Below are positions 27,000 through 36,449 of a stretch of 64,000 nucleotides of DNA, in pieces (the first letter of the stretch is position 1; every line of letters begins with the position of its first letter). The stretch is from NCBI GenBank assembly GCA_000996245.1, contig LBYP01000004.1, positions 10,860-74,859 on the forward strand. Reading direction: 5' to 3'. The translations under genes and the position numbers were made by a program. Below the pieces are notes generated by a model that had not been told where the DNA came from, did no database searches, and saw nothing but the letters and a program-made list of their open reading frames with translations. The stretch comes from Parcubacteria group bacterium GW2011_GWA2_40_23. Lineage in GTDB: Bacteria; Patescibacteriota; Patescibacteriia; UBA11705; JABHMO01.

Positions 27000-29567
27000 A
27001 TGCCAGAATTGGAGTTGGATTTATCGATTGGGAGTTCAATTACAGACAACCCTATGTTTTTACCAGGATTAGGAATTTTGTTTCTAATCTTTTTGTTTAT
27101 TATTATACTCTATATTATTAGATATTTTTCTCTTCATCGCGGACGAGTAGCAGTATCTTTCCAAAAGAAAATTATGCTAATCACTATGCCGAAAGCTGCT
27201 CCCAAGGAGGGCGGAGGTACAGAACCACCCGCCTGGCAGCAGGTACAAGAGAAAATCGCGGTGATGGAAACATTTTTTTCAACTATTGCGGGACTTAAGG
27301 CTGAAAAGGGTATTAAGACTTGGTTTTTTGGCCATCGTGATGTTTTTTCTTTAGAAATTGTGGCCGATAAGGAGGGGAAGATTAATTTTTTTATGGCTAT
27401 TCCTGCACATTGGCAGCAATATGTAGAAGAACAGCTGCAAGCGCAGTTTCCTCAAGCTTTTTTGGAAGAAGTCCCAGATTATAATATTTTTTCACCGACC
27501 GCAGTTATTGGTGGTCGCATGTTTACTTTTAAACGGGAGTACATTTTTCCCATAAAAACATTTAAGAAGTTTGATTCTGATCCATTAAATGGAATTACGA
27601 ATGCCTTGAGTAAAATGGACATAGGGGACGGTGCGGCCATCCAGATTGTCATTAAATCAGCCAGAGGCAGTTGGCACGATTTCGGCGTTAAATTAGCTTC
27701 TAAAATGCAGCAGGGTAAAAGTCTAAAGGATGCCATGCGTGAAGTAAAAGGTGGCATCTGGGGCTTTATTAGTGGGATAGCTAAAGCAGCCAAACCAAAA
27801 TCGGCCGAACCACAACAGCAGGAACAATATAAGTTATCACCCATGGAAGAAGAGGTTGTTAAGGGTCTGGAAGAAAAAGCTAGCAAGGCTGGAGTTGACG
27901 CTAATATTAGAATAGTTGTTTCTTGTGAACGGCCGGAAAAAACAGAAATGCAATTAACAAGTTTAGTTAATGCGTTTGCACAATACAGCATTTATCAATT
28001 CGGGAATGGTTTACAACCAGAAGAACCTTCTTTGAAAAAAATGATCCCTGATTTTATTTATAGAAATTTTGATTCTAAACGCAAGATGCTTTTCAACACT
28101 GAAGAGCTAGCTAGTTTGTATCATTTTCCAATTCCACTTATCAATGAAACTCCAAGTATCCGTTGGTTAGATGCCAAGAAAGCACAAGCACCGCTTAATG
28201 TACCGAAGGAAGGTATTATTTTGGGTAAAAATTTATATCGTGGTCGCGAAACTTTAATCCGCATCAAACGTGAAGATAGACGACGCCATCAATATATTAT
28301 TGGTATGACGGGTACTGGTAAATCGTGGTATCAAGAAGGTTTGATCATGCAAGATATTGTTAATGGTGAGGGTTGTTGTTTTATCGATCCGCATGGTGAT
28401 GCCATTCAACATATTTTGGAACATATTCCACAAGAACGCGCTGAGGATGTGGTCATTTTAGATCCAAGCGATGTTAGACGTCCCATGGGTTTGAATTTAT
28501 TGGAATATAAAACACAAGAAGAAAAAACTTTTGCGATTAATGAAATCATGGCCATTTTTGATAAGTTGTATGATTTGAAGGCAACAGGCGGTCCTATGTT
28601 TGAACAATACTTCAAAAATGCAGCGGCTTTGATTATGGCTGATCCTGAGTCTGGTTCAACACTTTTAGAAATTTCACGCGTGTTAGCTGATGATGATTTT
28701 AGAAAATACAAACTTTCAATGTGTAAGGATCAATTGGTTAAAGATTTTTGGGAAAAGGAAGCTCAAAAAGCCGGTGGGGAAGCCTCTTTGGCCAACATGG
28801 TGCCTTACATTACCAGTAAAATGTCGCCCTTTATTTCGAATGATTTTGTGCGTCCGATTATTTCGCAGCAAAATAGCACTATCGACTTTAAGGAAATCAT
28901 GAATACCAAAAAGATTCTGTTAGTCCAATTATCTAAGGGTAAAATTGGTGGGATTAATGCCAACCTCCTCGGTATGTTGATTATTGGTAAATTGCTCATG
29001 GCTGCCTTAGGACGATCTGACATGGCAGAAGAAGATCGTAAAGATTTTTATCTATATGTGGATGAGTTTCAAAACTTTTTGACTGACAGTATGGAAATTA
29101 TCTTGTCTGAAGCCCGAAAATATCGTTTATGTTTAACAATTGGACACCAATACGTTGGGCAGCTGGTCAAGGGCGGGGACACAAAATTCAAAGATGCTAT
29201 TTTTGGTAACGTCGGTACAAAAGTTGTTTTCCGTATTGGCGTAGATGATGCTGAGGCGCTAACAAAGGAATTTGCACCTATTTTTAATGAATATGATTTC
29301 TTGAATGTTCCAAAATACAATTGCTATGTCAAGCTACTTATAGATAATGCAAATCCACCCGGATTTAATATGGCTTCTATCCCTTTTGACAAAATACCTG
29401 GTGTCCCACCCGCTAATAAAGACTTGGCTGAGGCTATCCGAGAACTCTCACGCTTGAAATATGGTAAAGATCCAGATATAATTGAGATGGAAGTCAAAGA
29501 ACGGCAACAAAAGATCTTGTGCAAAACAGCGCCACCGCTTGCCCCGAATTTACCGCCAGCAATTTAA
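27000..29567 (+). CDS. VirD4/TraG-like coupling-protein-family ATPase (DUF87/TraD-type DNA-transfer ATPase), membrane-anchored
   Basis: 855 aa. N-terminal TM helix. Walker A (IIGMTGTGKSWYQ). Walker B-like (FYLYVDEFQNFLTD). The segment CCFIDPHGD…VVILDPSD…RPMGLNLLE is typical of T4SS coupling / conjugal-transfer ATPases. Confidence 0.55.
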   Translation: MPELELDLSIGSSITDNPMFLPGLGILFLIFLFIIILYIIRYFSLHRGRVAVSFQKKIMLITMPKAAPKEGGGTEPPAWQQVQEKIAVMETFFSTIAGLKAEKGIKTWFFGHRDVFSLEIVADKEGKINFFMAIPAHWQQYVEEQLQAQFPQAFLEEVPDYNIFSPTAVIGGRMFTFKREYIFPIKTFKKFDSDPLNGITNALSKMDIGDGAAIQIVIKSARGSWHDFGVKLASKMQQGKSLKDAMREVKGGIWGFISGIAKAAKPKSAEPQQQEQYKLSPMEEEVVKGLEEKASKAGVDANIRIVVSCERPEKTEMQLTSLVNAFAQYSIYQFGNGLQPEEPSLKKMIPDFIYRNFDSKRKMLFNTEELASLYHFPIPLINETPSIRWLDAKKAQAPLNVPKEGIILGKNLYRGRETLIRIKREDRRRHQYIIGMTGTGKSWYQEGLIMQDIVNGEGCCFIDPHGDAIQHILEHIPQERAEDVVILDPSDVRRPMGLNLLEYKTQEEKTFAINEIMAIFDKLYDLKATGGPMFEQYFKNAAALIMADPESGSTLLEISRVLADDDFRKYKLSMCKDQLVKDFWEKEAQKAGGEASLANMVPYITSKMSPFISNDFVRPIISQQNSTIDFKEIMNTKKILLVQLSKGKIGGINANLLGMLIIGKLLMAALGRSDMAEEDRKDFYLYVDEFQNFLTDSMEIILSEARKYRLCLTIGHQYVGQLVKGGDTKFKDAIFGNVGTKVVFRIGVDDAEALTKEFAPIFNEYDFLNVPKYNCYVKLLIDNANPPGFNMASIPFDKIPGVPPANKDLAEAIRELSRLKYGKDPDIIEMEVKERQQKILCKTAPPLAPNLPPAI

Positions 29568-29584
29568 AAAACAAAAACAAAAAG

Positions 29585-29669
29585 TTACGAATAGCTACTT
29601 AAAAATGATGTTACGAATTATTGCCTAAACAGTAATTCGCAACTTCAGAAAGGATGTGTTATTCGTAAA
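29585..29669 (+). promoter_or_regulatory. direct-repeat motif site C (AATTCGCAAC-N16-TATTCGTAAA) plus two upstream inverted copies (GTTACGAAT)
   Basis: gttacgaata at 29585-29594; gttacgaatta at 29610-29620; aattcgcaac at 29634-29643; tattcgtaaa at 29660-29669. The site ends 7 nt before the ATG at 29677. Confidence 0.5.
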
Positions 29670-29676
29670 TCAAAAT

Positions 29677-30300
29677 ATGATTAGTTTTTTTCGTCGTAAA
29701 AAAGAAACCGTTCAAACAGCTGAAACAAGAACAACTCCAACTGACATTCCCTTAACTCAACGCGAAATTATCCAAACCATCACGCGTATGCAGCGTGAGT
29801 TGGATCGTTTAAAATCTGTTATTACAAATGGTAAAATGGATGCCGCGGCTGAACCGAACAAAGTTTTAGAAGAGGCTTTGCTTTCAATTCAGCAAAGAAC
29901 GGACGAAGATACTCAACGAAATGAATCAGAAAAAGTTATCGAAGGTGTTTTTGATGGTGAGGGGATGATTGGTGCTGATGGTGGACGTTATGATGTCCCG
30001 GCCAATTATGCGTCAAAATCAAAATTAGTTGAGGGTGATATTTTGAAGCTGACTATCAATAATATGGGTGCTTTTGTTTATAAACAAATAAAACCAATAG
30101 AGCGAGCACGTTTAGTCGGAACTTTGGAGCAAGATGAACATAGTTTACAGTATTCTGTTGAATCAGAAGGGAAAAAATGGAAATTATTAACAGCTAGCGT
30201 CACTTATTTCAAGGGAGATGTTGGGGATGAAGTAGTTTTCTTAATCCCAGCTGAAGGTGGCAGTCGCTCAGCGGCAGTCGAAAATATTATCAAGCGTTAA
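29677..30300 (+). CDS. hypothetical protein
   Basis: The ORF track starts at GTG 29656, but that overlaps the conserved motif; ATG 29677 (MISFFRRKKE…) is the more likely start. No recognisable family. Confidence 0.4.
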   Translation: MISFFRRKKETVQTAETRTTPTDIPLTQREIIQTITRMQRELDRLKSVITNGKMDAAAEPNKVLEEALLSIQQRTDEDTQRNESEKVIEGVFDGEGMIGADGGRYDVPANYASKSKLVEGDILKLTINNMGAFVYKQIKPIERARLVGTLEQDEHSLQYSVESEGKKWKLLTASVTYFKGDVGDEVVFLIPAEGGSRSAAVENIIKR

Positions 30301-30499
30301 AATAAAGAGAGCGGTTTTTGAACTGCTCTTTTTTGCTTGCTCCAGAAGTACAAATTCTATTTGACTTCTGGATAAACCAGCACTCAAACGGAGTTTGTAG
30401 TACTGGGTTTTGTGTCTAATTTTGGCAAAAAAGATCATTTTGGCAACCATTGATTTTAGCTCATGAATCTGTTAGAATAAGGACACAAGATAAAAAAAT

Positions 30500-32146
30500 A
30501 TGTCTGTCGCGCTATACCGAAAATATCGTCCTAAAAACTTTTCTGATGTTACCAATCAGAACCATATTAAGATTACTTTGCAACATGAAATTGAAAGTAA
30601 TCATTTGGGACATGCCTATTTGTTCTGCGGACCTCGAGGAACAGGTAAAACCACTTTGGCACGTTTGCTAGCCAAGGCTGTTAACTGTTTAGATTTGAAA
30701 AATAATTATGAACCTTGCAATGAATGTGATAGTTGTAAGGAAATCCTAGAGCATCGTTCACTTGATATTATTGAAATTGATGCAGCCTCACATACTGGTG
30801 TTGATAATGTCCGAGAAAACATTATCAACAATGCTCGTTTTACTCCAGCCAAGAGTAAATATAAAGTTTTTATTATCGATGAAGTGCACATGCTTTCGAT
30901 TTCGGCTTTTAACGCCTTACTCAAAGTTCTCGAGGAACCACCAAAACATGTCATCTTTATTCTTGCTACGACTGAGGCACATAAGATTCCAGCGACTATT
31001 ATTTCCCGTTGCCAACGATTTGATTTTAAAAAAATATTTGCGAAAGATTTGGTTACCCGTTTGCGTTGGATAGTGAGTCAAGAGGGAATGGAAGTCGAAG
31101 AAAGCGTTCTTGAACAAATCGCAAAACACGCTGGTGGTTGTGTGCGTGATGCTGAAAGTCTTTTAGAACAAGTGCTTTCTCTTGGTGGACAAAAAATAAC
31201 AGCCGAACAAGCGACCTTGATATTACCACGTTCGGATCATAACTTGTTTTATGAATTATTCTCTTTGATATTAAATAAACAGAAAGCTGAAGCCCTTGGT
31301 TTTGTGAATAAGTTATTGGAAGATGGGATTGATTTAAATCAATTTACAGATAATTTCATTGAGTTCTTGCGTCAGTTGTTGATTTATAAGGTGACTAATA
31401 ATCCTCATGATTTAGCGCGTGATTTTGATGATAATTTAGTAACACGTTGTATAGCGGTACTTGCAAAAGCAGAAGAAACCCAAATTATTAACATTATTAG
31501 CAAATTATTGGCCAACAAAGATCTTTTTAAACAAAATTACTTGGTCCAATTGCCTTTAGAAATTACCTTAATTGAACTCTGTAGTCTTAAAATAGCTGTT
31601 TTGACCTCAGTAAAGCCTGTTACAGCGCTCCCTTCTATTAAACCTCCAATTAATCCTGTTTCTGTTAGTACTCAGAAAGATGAAGCGATCGTTTTTGCGC
31701 CTGTTCATGAAATTAATGAAGTTCCTATTGCTGAAAAGCAAGTTGTTGAAGAAATTGTGATTCGAGAGGTAGGCGATTTAATTGGTTTTTTAAATTTTTG
31801 GCACGTAGTGCTGAAGGAAATAAAGGAACAAAACTATTCTTTGTTTATGTCATTGCATATGAGCAAGCCACTTAGTTTTGTTGATGATAAGTTGGTGTTG
31901 GGATTTTTATTTGAGTTACAGAGGACTCGGGTTGACGATTTGAAATCAATGAATATAATTAAAGAAGCTTTATTAAAACATTTGGGGAGAAAAATTGTTG
32001 TCGAAACAATAATTGATTCAAAATTAACCTTAGCCGATTTGCCTAAAAGTACAAACTTTGATAATCAAGTCGCCGCTCTTCCAAAAACACCTGAAGAAGC
32101 GGTGAGCGATGTGGCTAGTGAGTTTGGTGGTCAAGTTGTTGGCTAG
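30500..32146 (+). CDS. dnaX: DNA polymerase III subunit gamma/tau
   Basis: 548 aa. MSVALYRKYRPKNFSDVTNQNHI…LFCGPRGTGKTTLARLLAKAVNC. AAA+ Walker A, a zinc module (CNECDSC), a sensor region and a C-terminal tau-like extension. Confidence 0.9.
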   Translation: MSVALYRKYRPKNFSDVTNQNHIKITLQHEIESNHLGHAYLFCGPRGTGKTTLARLLAKAVNCLDLKNNYEPCNECDSCKEILEHRSLDIIEIDAASHTGVDNVRENIINNARFTPAKSKYKVFIIDEVHMLSISAFNALLKVLEEPPKHVIFILATTEAHKIPATIISRCQRFDFKKIFAKDLVTRLRWIVSQEGMEVEESVLEQIAKHAGGCVRDAESLLEQVLSLGGQKITAEQATLILPRSDHNLFYELFSLILNKQKAEALGFVNKLLEDGIDLNQFTDNFIEFLRQLLIYKVTNNPHDLARDFDDNLVTRCIAVLAKAEETQIINIISKLLANKDLFKQNYLVQLPLEITLIELCSLKIAVLTSVKPVTALPSIKPPINPVSVSTQKDEAIVFAPVHEINEVPIAEKQVVEEIVIREVGDLIGFLNFWHVVLKEIKEQNYSLFMSLHMSKPLSFVDDKLVLGFLFELQRTRVDDLKSMNIIKEALLKHLGRKIVVETIIDSKLTLADLPKSTNFDNQVAALPKTPEEAVSDVASEFGGQVVG

Positions 32147-32178
32147 TTAATTTTATATATTTGCATAGAATGCGTAGC

Positions 32179-32252
32179 TCGGGGATCGTCTAATGGTAGG
32201 ACAGCAGGTTCTGGCCCTGCTAATCTTGGTTCGATTCCAGGTCCCCGAGCCA
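32179..32252 (+). tRNA. tRNA-Gln (anticodon CTG), CCA encoded
   Basis: Manual fold. Acceptor TCGGGGA/TCCCCGA. D-arm GTCT…GGAC. Anticodon stem GCAGG/CCTGC with loop TTCTGGC (CTG at 34-36). T-arm CTTGG-TTCGATT-CCAGG. Discriminator G + CCA. 74 nt. Confidence 0.8.
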
Positions 32253-32308
32253 CGCATTTTATTTTATTCTGGTTTTAGCTTCATGAAATGTGATATACTT
32301 TTTAACAT

Positions 32309-33208
32309 ATGATGAAAAAGCTTTCTGTTGATGAATTTAATAAGTATCTTTCGAAAAACAAGAAAGGCACTTATGATGCAATTAGTCCAACTGCTTGGAC
32401 GGTTGCTTATTGTCGTACTTTTTCAGATATTCCATATTCTAAAGAAATTTATGATGAACTGGAGAAAAACAGAATAAAAAGTAATGCACCAGATTTACCC
32501 GATGAATATAAATTTTTAGATATGGCTCCTTTGTTTGAGGCACGACACAAATTAATTAATAAGTTAGTTTTAGAGCAGGGTTATTCTCAAATACTCGATA
32601 TTGCTGCAGGGCTCACTCTGCGCGGATTAGAAATGACTCGGAATGAAGATATTGAGTATGTGGAAGTCGATTTACCTGAAATAATAAAGCAAAAGCGTTC
32701 AATAGTACGAGCTATTTTGAAAAAAGAAAAAATAACAAGCAGAAAAAATTTACATTTAGAAATTGGTAATGCTTTAAGTATAAAAGATTTGAAAAAAGCA
32801 GCCAAGCTTTTTGATAAAGATAAGCCAATTATTATAATCACCGAAGGACTGTTACGCTACCTTGATTTCCCAGAGAAAACAATTGTGGCCAATAATGTAA
32901 AAGCATTACTCAAAACTTTCGGTGGTGTCTGGATTACTCCAGATATTATTTATAAACGTAATTTGAGTCCTGCTTTTGTAGCTAATAATGAAAGAGTCTC
33001 TAAATTAACAGGCATCAATATAGAGGCAAATAAGTTTTCCAGCATTGATGCGGCCCAGACATTCTTTAAGGATTTGGGTTTTAAAATACAATTTTATGGT
33101 TTTTTAGAAGTTTTATCGGACTTGGTTTCTCCCGCAAGATTAAAAATGTCACAAAAAGATGTTAAGGAAATCATTGGCCCTCGAATTATTTTTGTTATGA
33201 AGCTTTAA
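32309..33208 (+). CDS. class I SAM-dependent methyltransferase (LCM/TIGR00027-like O-methyltransferase family)
   Basis: 299 aa. ILDIAAGLTLRGLEM resembles the vvnLGAGlDTRafRL motif of leucine-carboxyl-methyltransferase-like enzymes. Confidence 0.45.
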   Translation: MMKKLSVDEFNKYLSKNKKGTYDAISPTAWTVAYCRTFSDIPYSKEIYDELEKNRIKSNAPDLPDEYKFLDMAPLFEARHKLINKLVLEQGYSQILDIAAGLTLRGLEMTRNEDIEYVEVDLPEIIKQKRSIVRAILKKEKITSRKNLHLEIGNALSIKDLKKAAKLFDKDKPIIIITEGLLRYLDFPEKTIVANNVKALLKTFGGVWITPDIIYKRNLSPAFVANNERVSKLTGINIEANKFSSIDAAQTFFKDLGFKIQFYGFLEVLSDLVSPARLKMSQKDVKEIIGPRIIFVMKL

Positions 33209-33213
33209 TATAT

Positions 33214-33711
33214 ATGGATATTATCTCGCATGGCCTTTGGGGCGGGTTAGCCTTCGGCCGAAAAAACAAATTAAATTACTTTGCATCCTTCCTTTTTGGC
33301 ATTATGCCAGATATGTTTTCTTTTGGGATTCTGTCCATTGCCGCTGTCTTGGGTTTAGTAAAAGGTCCAAATTGGGGACAAGGGATTCCTAGCCCAGATG
33401 CTATTCCCGCATTCGTTCATACTCTTTATAACCTGACTCATAGTCTTATTACTTTTATACTTTTGTTTGGTATCGTCTGGGTTATTCGCAGAAAGCCATA
33501 TTTACCGATGTTGGCTTGGGGCTTACACATTTTAGTTGACATCCCTACGCATTCATTCGATTTTTTCCCAACACCTTTCTTAGAACCACTTTCAAGCTTT
33601 ATGCTTAATGGCATCAGTTGGGGCCATCCGATTATCTTTTATCCTAATGTGATTTTGTTGATTGCCGGTTATGTGGTTTGGTGGACAGGCAAAAGGAAGA
33701 AGATTCCCTGA
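33214..33711 (+). CDS. membrane-bound metal-dependent hydrolase-like protein (DUF457/YdjM-like)
   Basis: 165 aa. Polytopic, with a His-rich N-terminus (MDIISHGLWGG) and conserved His residues in loops (HSLITF; HILVDIPTHSFD). Confidence 0.4.
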   Translation: MDIISHGLWGGLAFGRKNKLNYFASFLFGIMPDMFSFGILSIAAVLGLVKGPNWGQGIPSPDAIPAFVHTLYNLTHSLITFILLFGIVWVIRRKPYLPMLAWGLHILVDIPTHSFDFFPTPFLEPLSSFMLNGISWGHPIIFYPNVILLIAGYVVWWTGKRKKIP

Positions 33712-33853
33712 TTTTAGCCTTCATTTGACATTTTAGATTTTCTACGTCATATTGTAATTGTGCTTGTGGGCGAAAGCCCCGTTTCAGCTAAAGGATTTCC
33801 GAAGCTGAAGACAAGCACATATAAAAATACCGCTTTACAAAGCGGCATTTTTT

Positions 33854-34328
33854 TTACTCATTTTCTATATCATCTGTATATAATTTTTGCACTGTATTAG
33901 TTTTTATTTTTGAGTATGGCATAACACTCCAGACGAGTGTATTCCCATCTCCAATTTTTTTTAGGATGGCTTTAATTTTAATTTGTTTTATTCCAACAAT
34001 GGCTACAAATCCAAAATACTCAACAGTTTTTGTGTGACTTAAACCATCGTTTTTTTTCTCCAAACTCCATCAAACATTTTCTGTATTCTTGAAGGGTTCC
34101 TGCCTTACGAATCACATCAAGGGCTAGTGGTAGGAGGTTGAATTTTAATAACTGTTCTCGTTTGTTCCGGGGTCTCCTCGCCGAAAATTGAAGATGATGA
34201 AAACCATCTGAGTTTAAAATAATTTTACTTTCTAAGAAAGGATTATAGACAGGTGATTGTGCTTGGTATAATTTCAAAACCTTTTCTTTTCGTTTATAAA
34301 ATTGTTTTAAAAAAATTTCATTTTCCAT
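33854..34328 (-). pseudogene. hypothetical gene split by a frameshift at an A8 homopolymer
   Basis: ORFs 34020..34328 (102 aa) and 33854..34063 (69 aa) overlap in different frames across the T8 run at 34049-34056 (A8 on the coding strand). A 1-nt slip would fuse them into a protein of about 165 aa. Confidence 0.4.
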
Positions 34329-34445
34329 AATTAAAGTTTAAATGGATGAGAAAATAAGTGCAAGTTTAGGGGTAAGCTAGAGTTTGTGTAGATATTTCGC
34401 TTGTGCTATACTTGACATGTCAAGTATACTAATAACAATAAATTT

Positions 34446-34880
34446 ATGCACAAAGTAAGTGTTGGAGTTCAATTTTTTCTTAATTTAAGTAAAACAGAGA
34501 CAATTTTATCACATCGTCTTGATCGTGGTTTAGGCGGTCTTGGTTGGAACGAATTTCTGATTCTTTTTCAACTAGATCAATCCAAGGACCAATCATTAAG
34601 CCGAATCGAATTAGCGGGGAAAGTAGGCTTAACTGCCTCTGGGATCACACGCATTTTATTACCGATGGAAAAGGTGCATTTAATCACTAGTGGCCCAGTG
34701 GAAGCCGATGCAAGAGTTCGTGCTGTTATGATTGCTGAAGGAGGAAAGACAAGATTGTCAGAAGCAATTTCGCGTATAGAAGAATTTTCTGAAGAGCTTT
34801 TTACTGCCAATGAAACAAAAGAAGCTGAAAAGATTTCTGAATTTTTGCGTCTAATCTCAGGAAAGATATTAATGAGTTAA
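34446..34880 (+). CDS. MarR-family transcriptional regulator
   Basis: 144 aa. Winged-helix region LSRIELAGKVGLTASGITRILLPMEKVHLI. Confidence 0.55.
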   Translation: MHKVSVGVQFFLNLSKTETILSHRLDRGLGGLGWNEFLILFQLDQSKDQSLSRIELAGKVGLTASGITRILLPMEKVHLITSGPVEADARVRAVMIAEGGKTRLSEAISRIEEFSEELFTANETKEAEKISEFLRLISGKILMS

Positions 34881-34922
34881 TAGTTTACATTGTGAGTACA
34901 TCGAGGTATTATTAATTTCATT

Positions 34923-35495
34923 ATGAGCAATAAGACACCGACGCAACTTATTTCTGATTATTTAAAAGGCGATAATGAAGCCTTTGATATTTTGATTGCA
35001 GAGACATTACCTTATGTCTATTGTTATTTGTTCCGTTATGTTTACAATGAAGAAGATGCCCAGGAATTAGCACAAGATACATTCGTAAAGGTGTGGAAAA
35101 AAATAAAACATTTTGATGCCAAGAAAAATTTTAATACTTGGCTTTTAACGATTGCACGCAACACCGCAATTGATTTTTTACGTAAGAAAAAAGAAATAGT
35201 TTTTTCTGATTTAGTGAGTGATGATAATTTAGAACAGAACGATTTTGAGGACTCTCTTGTCGACGATGAATTGATTCCCTCAGAAGTTTATGAAAAGCAG
35301 GAAACAACTGAGGTTGTTGAAAAATCGATCAAAGAACTGCCTTTGAAGTACCGAGAAATTTTAATTTTGCATTATCTGGAGGGCTTTTCCTTATCTGAGG
35401 TGGCGGAGATGTTGAAGCTGCCCCCAAACACCGTTAAAACACGTAAATTGAGAGGAATTCGTCTGTTACGAGAACAATGGATTGATACAAAATGA
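34923..35495 (+). CDS. ECF-type RNA polymerase sigma factor (sigma-70 family)
   Basis: 190 aa. Region 2 (DAQELAQDTFVKVWKK…LLTIARNTAIDFLRKKK) and region 4 HTH (LSEVAEMLKLPPNTVKTRKLRGIRLLRE). Confidence 0.85.
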   Translation: MSNKTPTQLISDYLKGDNEAFDILIAETLPYVYCYLFRYVYNEEDAQELAQDTFVKVWKKIKHFDAKKNFNTWLLTIARNTAIDFLRKKKEIVFSDLVSDDNLEQNDFEDSLVDDELIPSEVYEKQETTEVVEKSIKELPLKYREILILHYLEGFSLSEVAEMLKLPPNTVKTRKLRGIRLLREQWIDTK

Positions 35496-35528
35496 ATCTA
35501 TTTTTAACTTACTTACGTATATACTAAT

Positions 35529-35936
35529 ATGCCAGACAATTTCAAAAAATTATTTTCTCAACTAAGTGAAATTCATATCCCTGATGGCTTAGCTGATAAA
35601 ATCGCGAAAGAAATTAATCACAGACAACGTAGGATGATTTTTATTAAGTCATCTTTATTTGTTTTCACGGCTTTGTTTTCAGGTGTCCTCTTATTTCTTG
35701 CCACAGCCTCAACTCGAGTTGCCTTTGTGGAGAGTGGTTTTGTTCAATATTTTTCATTATTGTTTTCTGATGCTTCCGCGGTTTTCGAATCAAGCGGAAG
35801 TTTTATGTATGTTTTGATTCAGACTTTACCAGCATTTAAGATAGCTATAACGACTGGTGTTTTGATCATTTTTCTGTTAACAATTAGATGGACTTTAAAT
35901 AATTTACGAAAAATTAATTTATTAAATAATCTATAA
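35529..35936 (+). CDS. putative anti-sigma factor (membrane protein)
   Basis: 135 aa with TM helices, immediately downstream of the ECF sigma gene. Confidence 0.4.
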   Translation: MPDNFKKLFSQLSEIHIPDGLADKIAKEINHRQRRMIFIKSSLFVFTALFSGVLLFLATASTRVAFVESGFVQYFSLLFSDASAVFESSGSFMYVLIQTLPAFKIAITTGVLIIFLLTIRWTLNNLRKINLLNNL

Positions 35937-35940
35937 TAAT

Positions 35941-36423
35941 ATGAATGAATTATTGAAAAATAAAGTTTTTCAAGTTGCTATTGCTTCTCTTTGTGTTTTA
36001 TTAGTGTTTCTTTTAGGCTTGTCAGTCGGATTAAGCGTCGGGAAACACGAACGAGGTTTTGCCAATGATTGGAGCGATAATTATCATAAAAACTTTGCTG
36101 GACCACGTGGTGGCTTTATGCAAGAAATGATGAAGGATCAAGAAATTATAAATGCTAATGGGGTTTTTGGGCAAATTATTAAAATAGAAGGCAATGATCT
36201 CGTTGTCAAGGGAGATAAAGATATTGAGAAGCTGATTGTTGTTGGTGCAAAGACAATTATCAATCGCGGACGAGAGACAGTTACTCAAGCAGACTTAAAG
36301 GTTACAGACAATATCGTTGTAATCGGTGAACCAAACGCCGAAGGGAAAATTGAGGCCAAATTAATTCGCGTTATGCCAGCGTTTGGTGGACAACCAGTAT
36401 TGCCACCAGCACAGATAAAATAA
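35941..36423 (+). CDS. hypothetical membrane-anchored protein
   Basis: 160 aa with an N-terminal TM helix; lies within the operon. Confidence 0.4.
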   Translation: MNELLKNKVFQVAIASLCVLLVFLLGLSVGLSVGKHERGFANDWSDNYHKNFAGPRGGFMQEMMKDQEIINANGVFGQIIKIEGNDLVVKGDKDIEKLIVVGAKTIINRGRETVTQADLKVTDNIVVIGEPNAEGKIEAKLIRVMPAFGGQPVLPPAQIK

Positions 36424-36449
36424 TAAATTGAGAAAGATTTAGAATTAAT

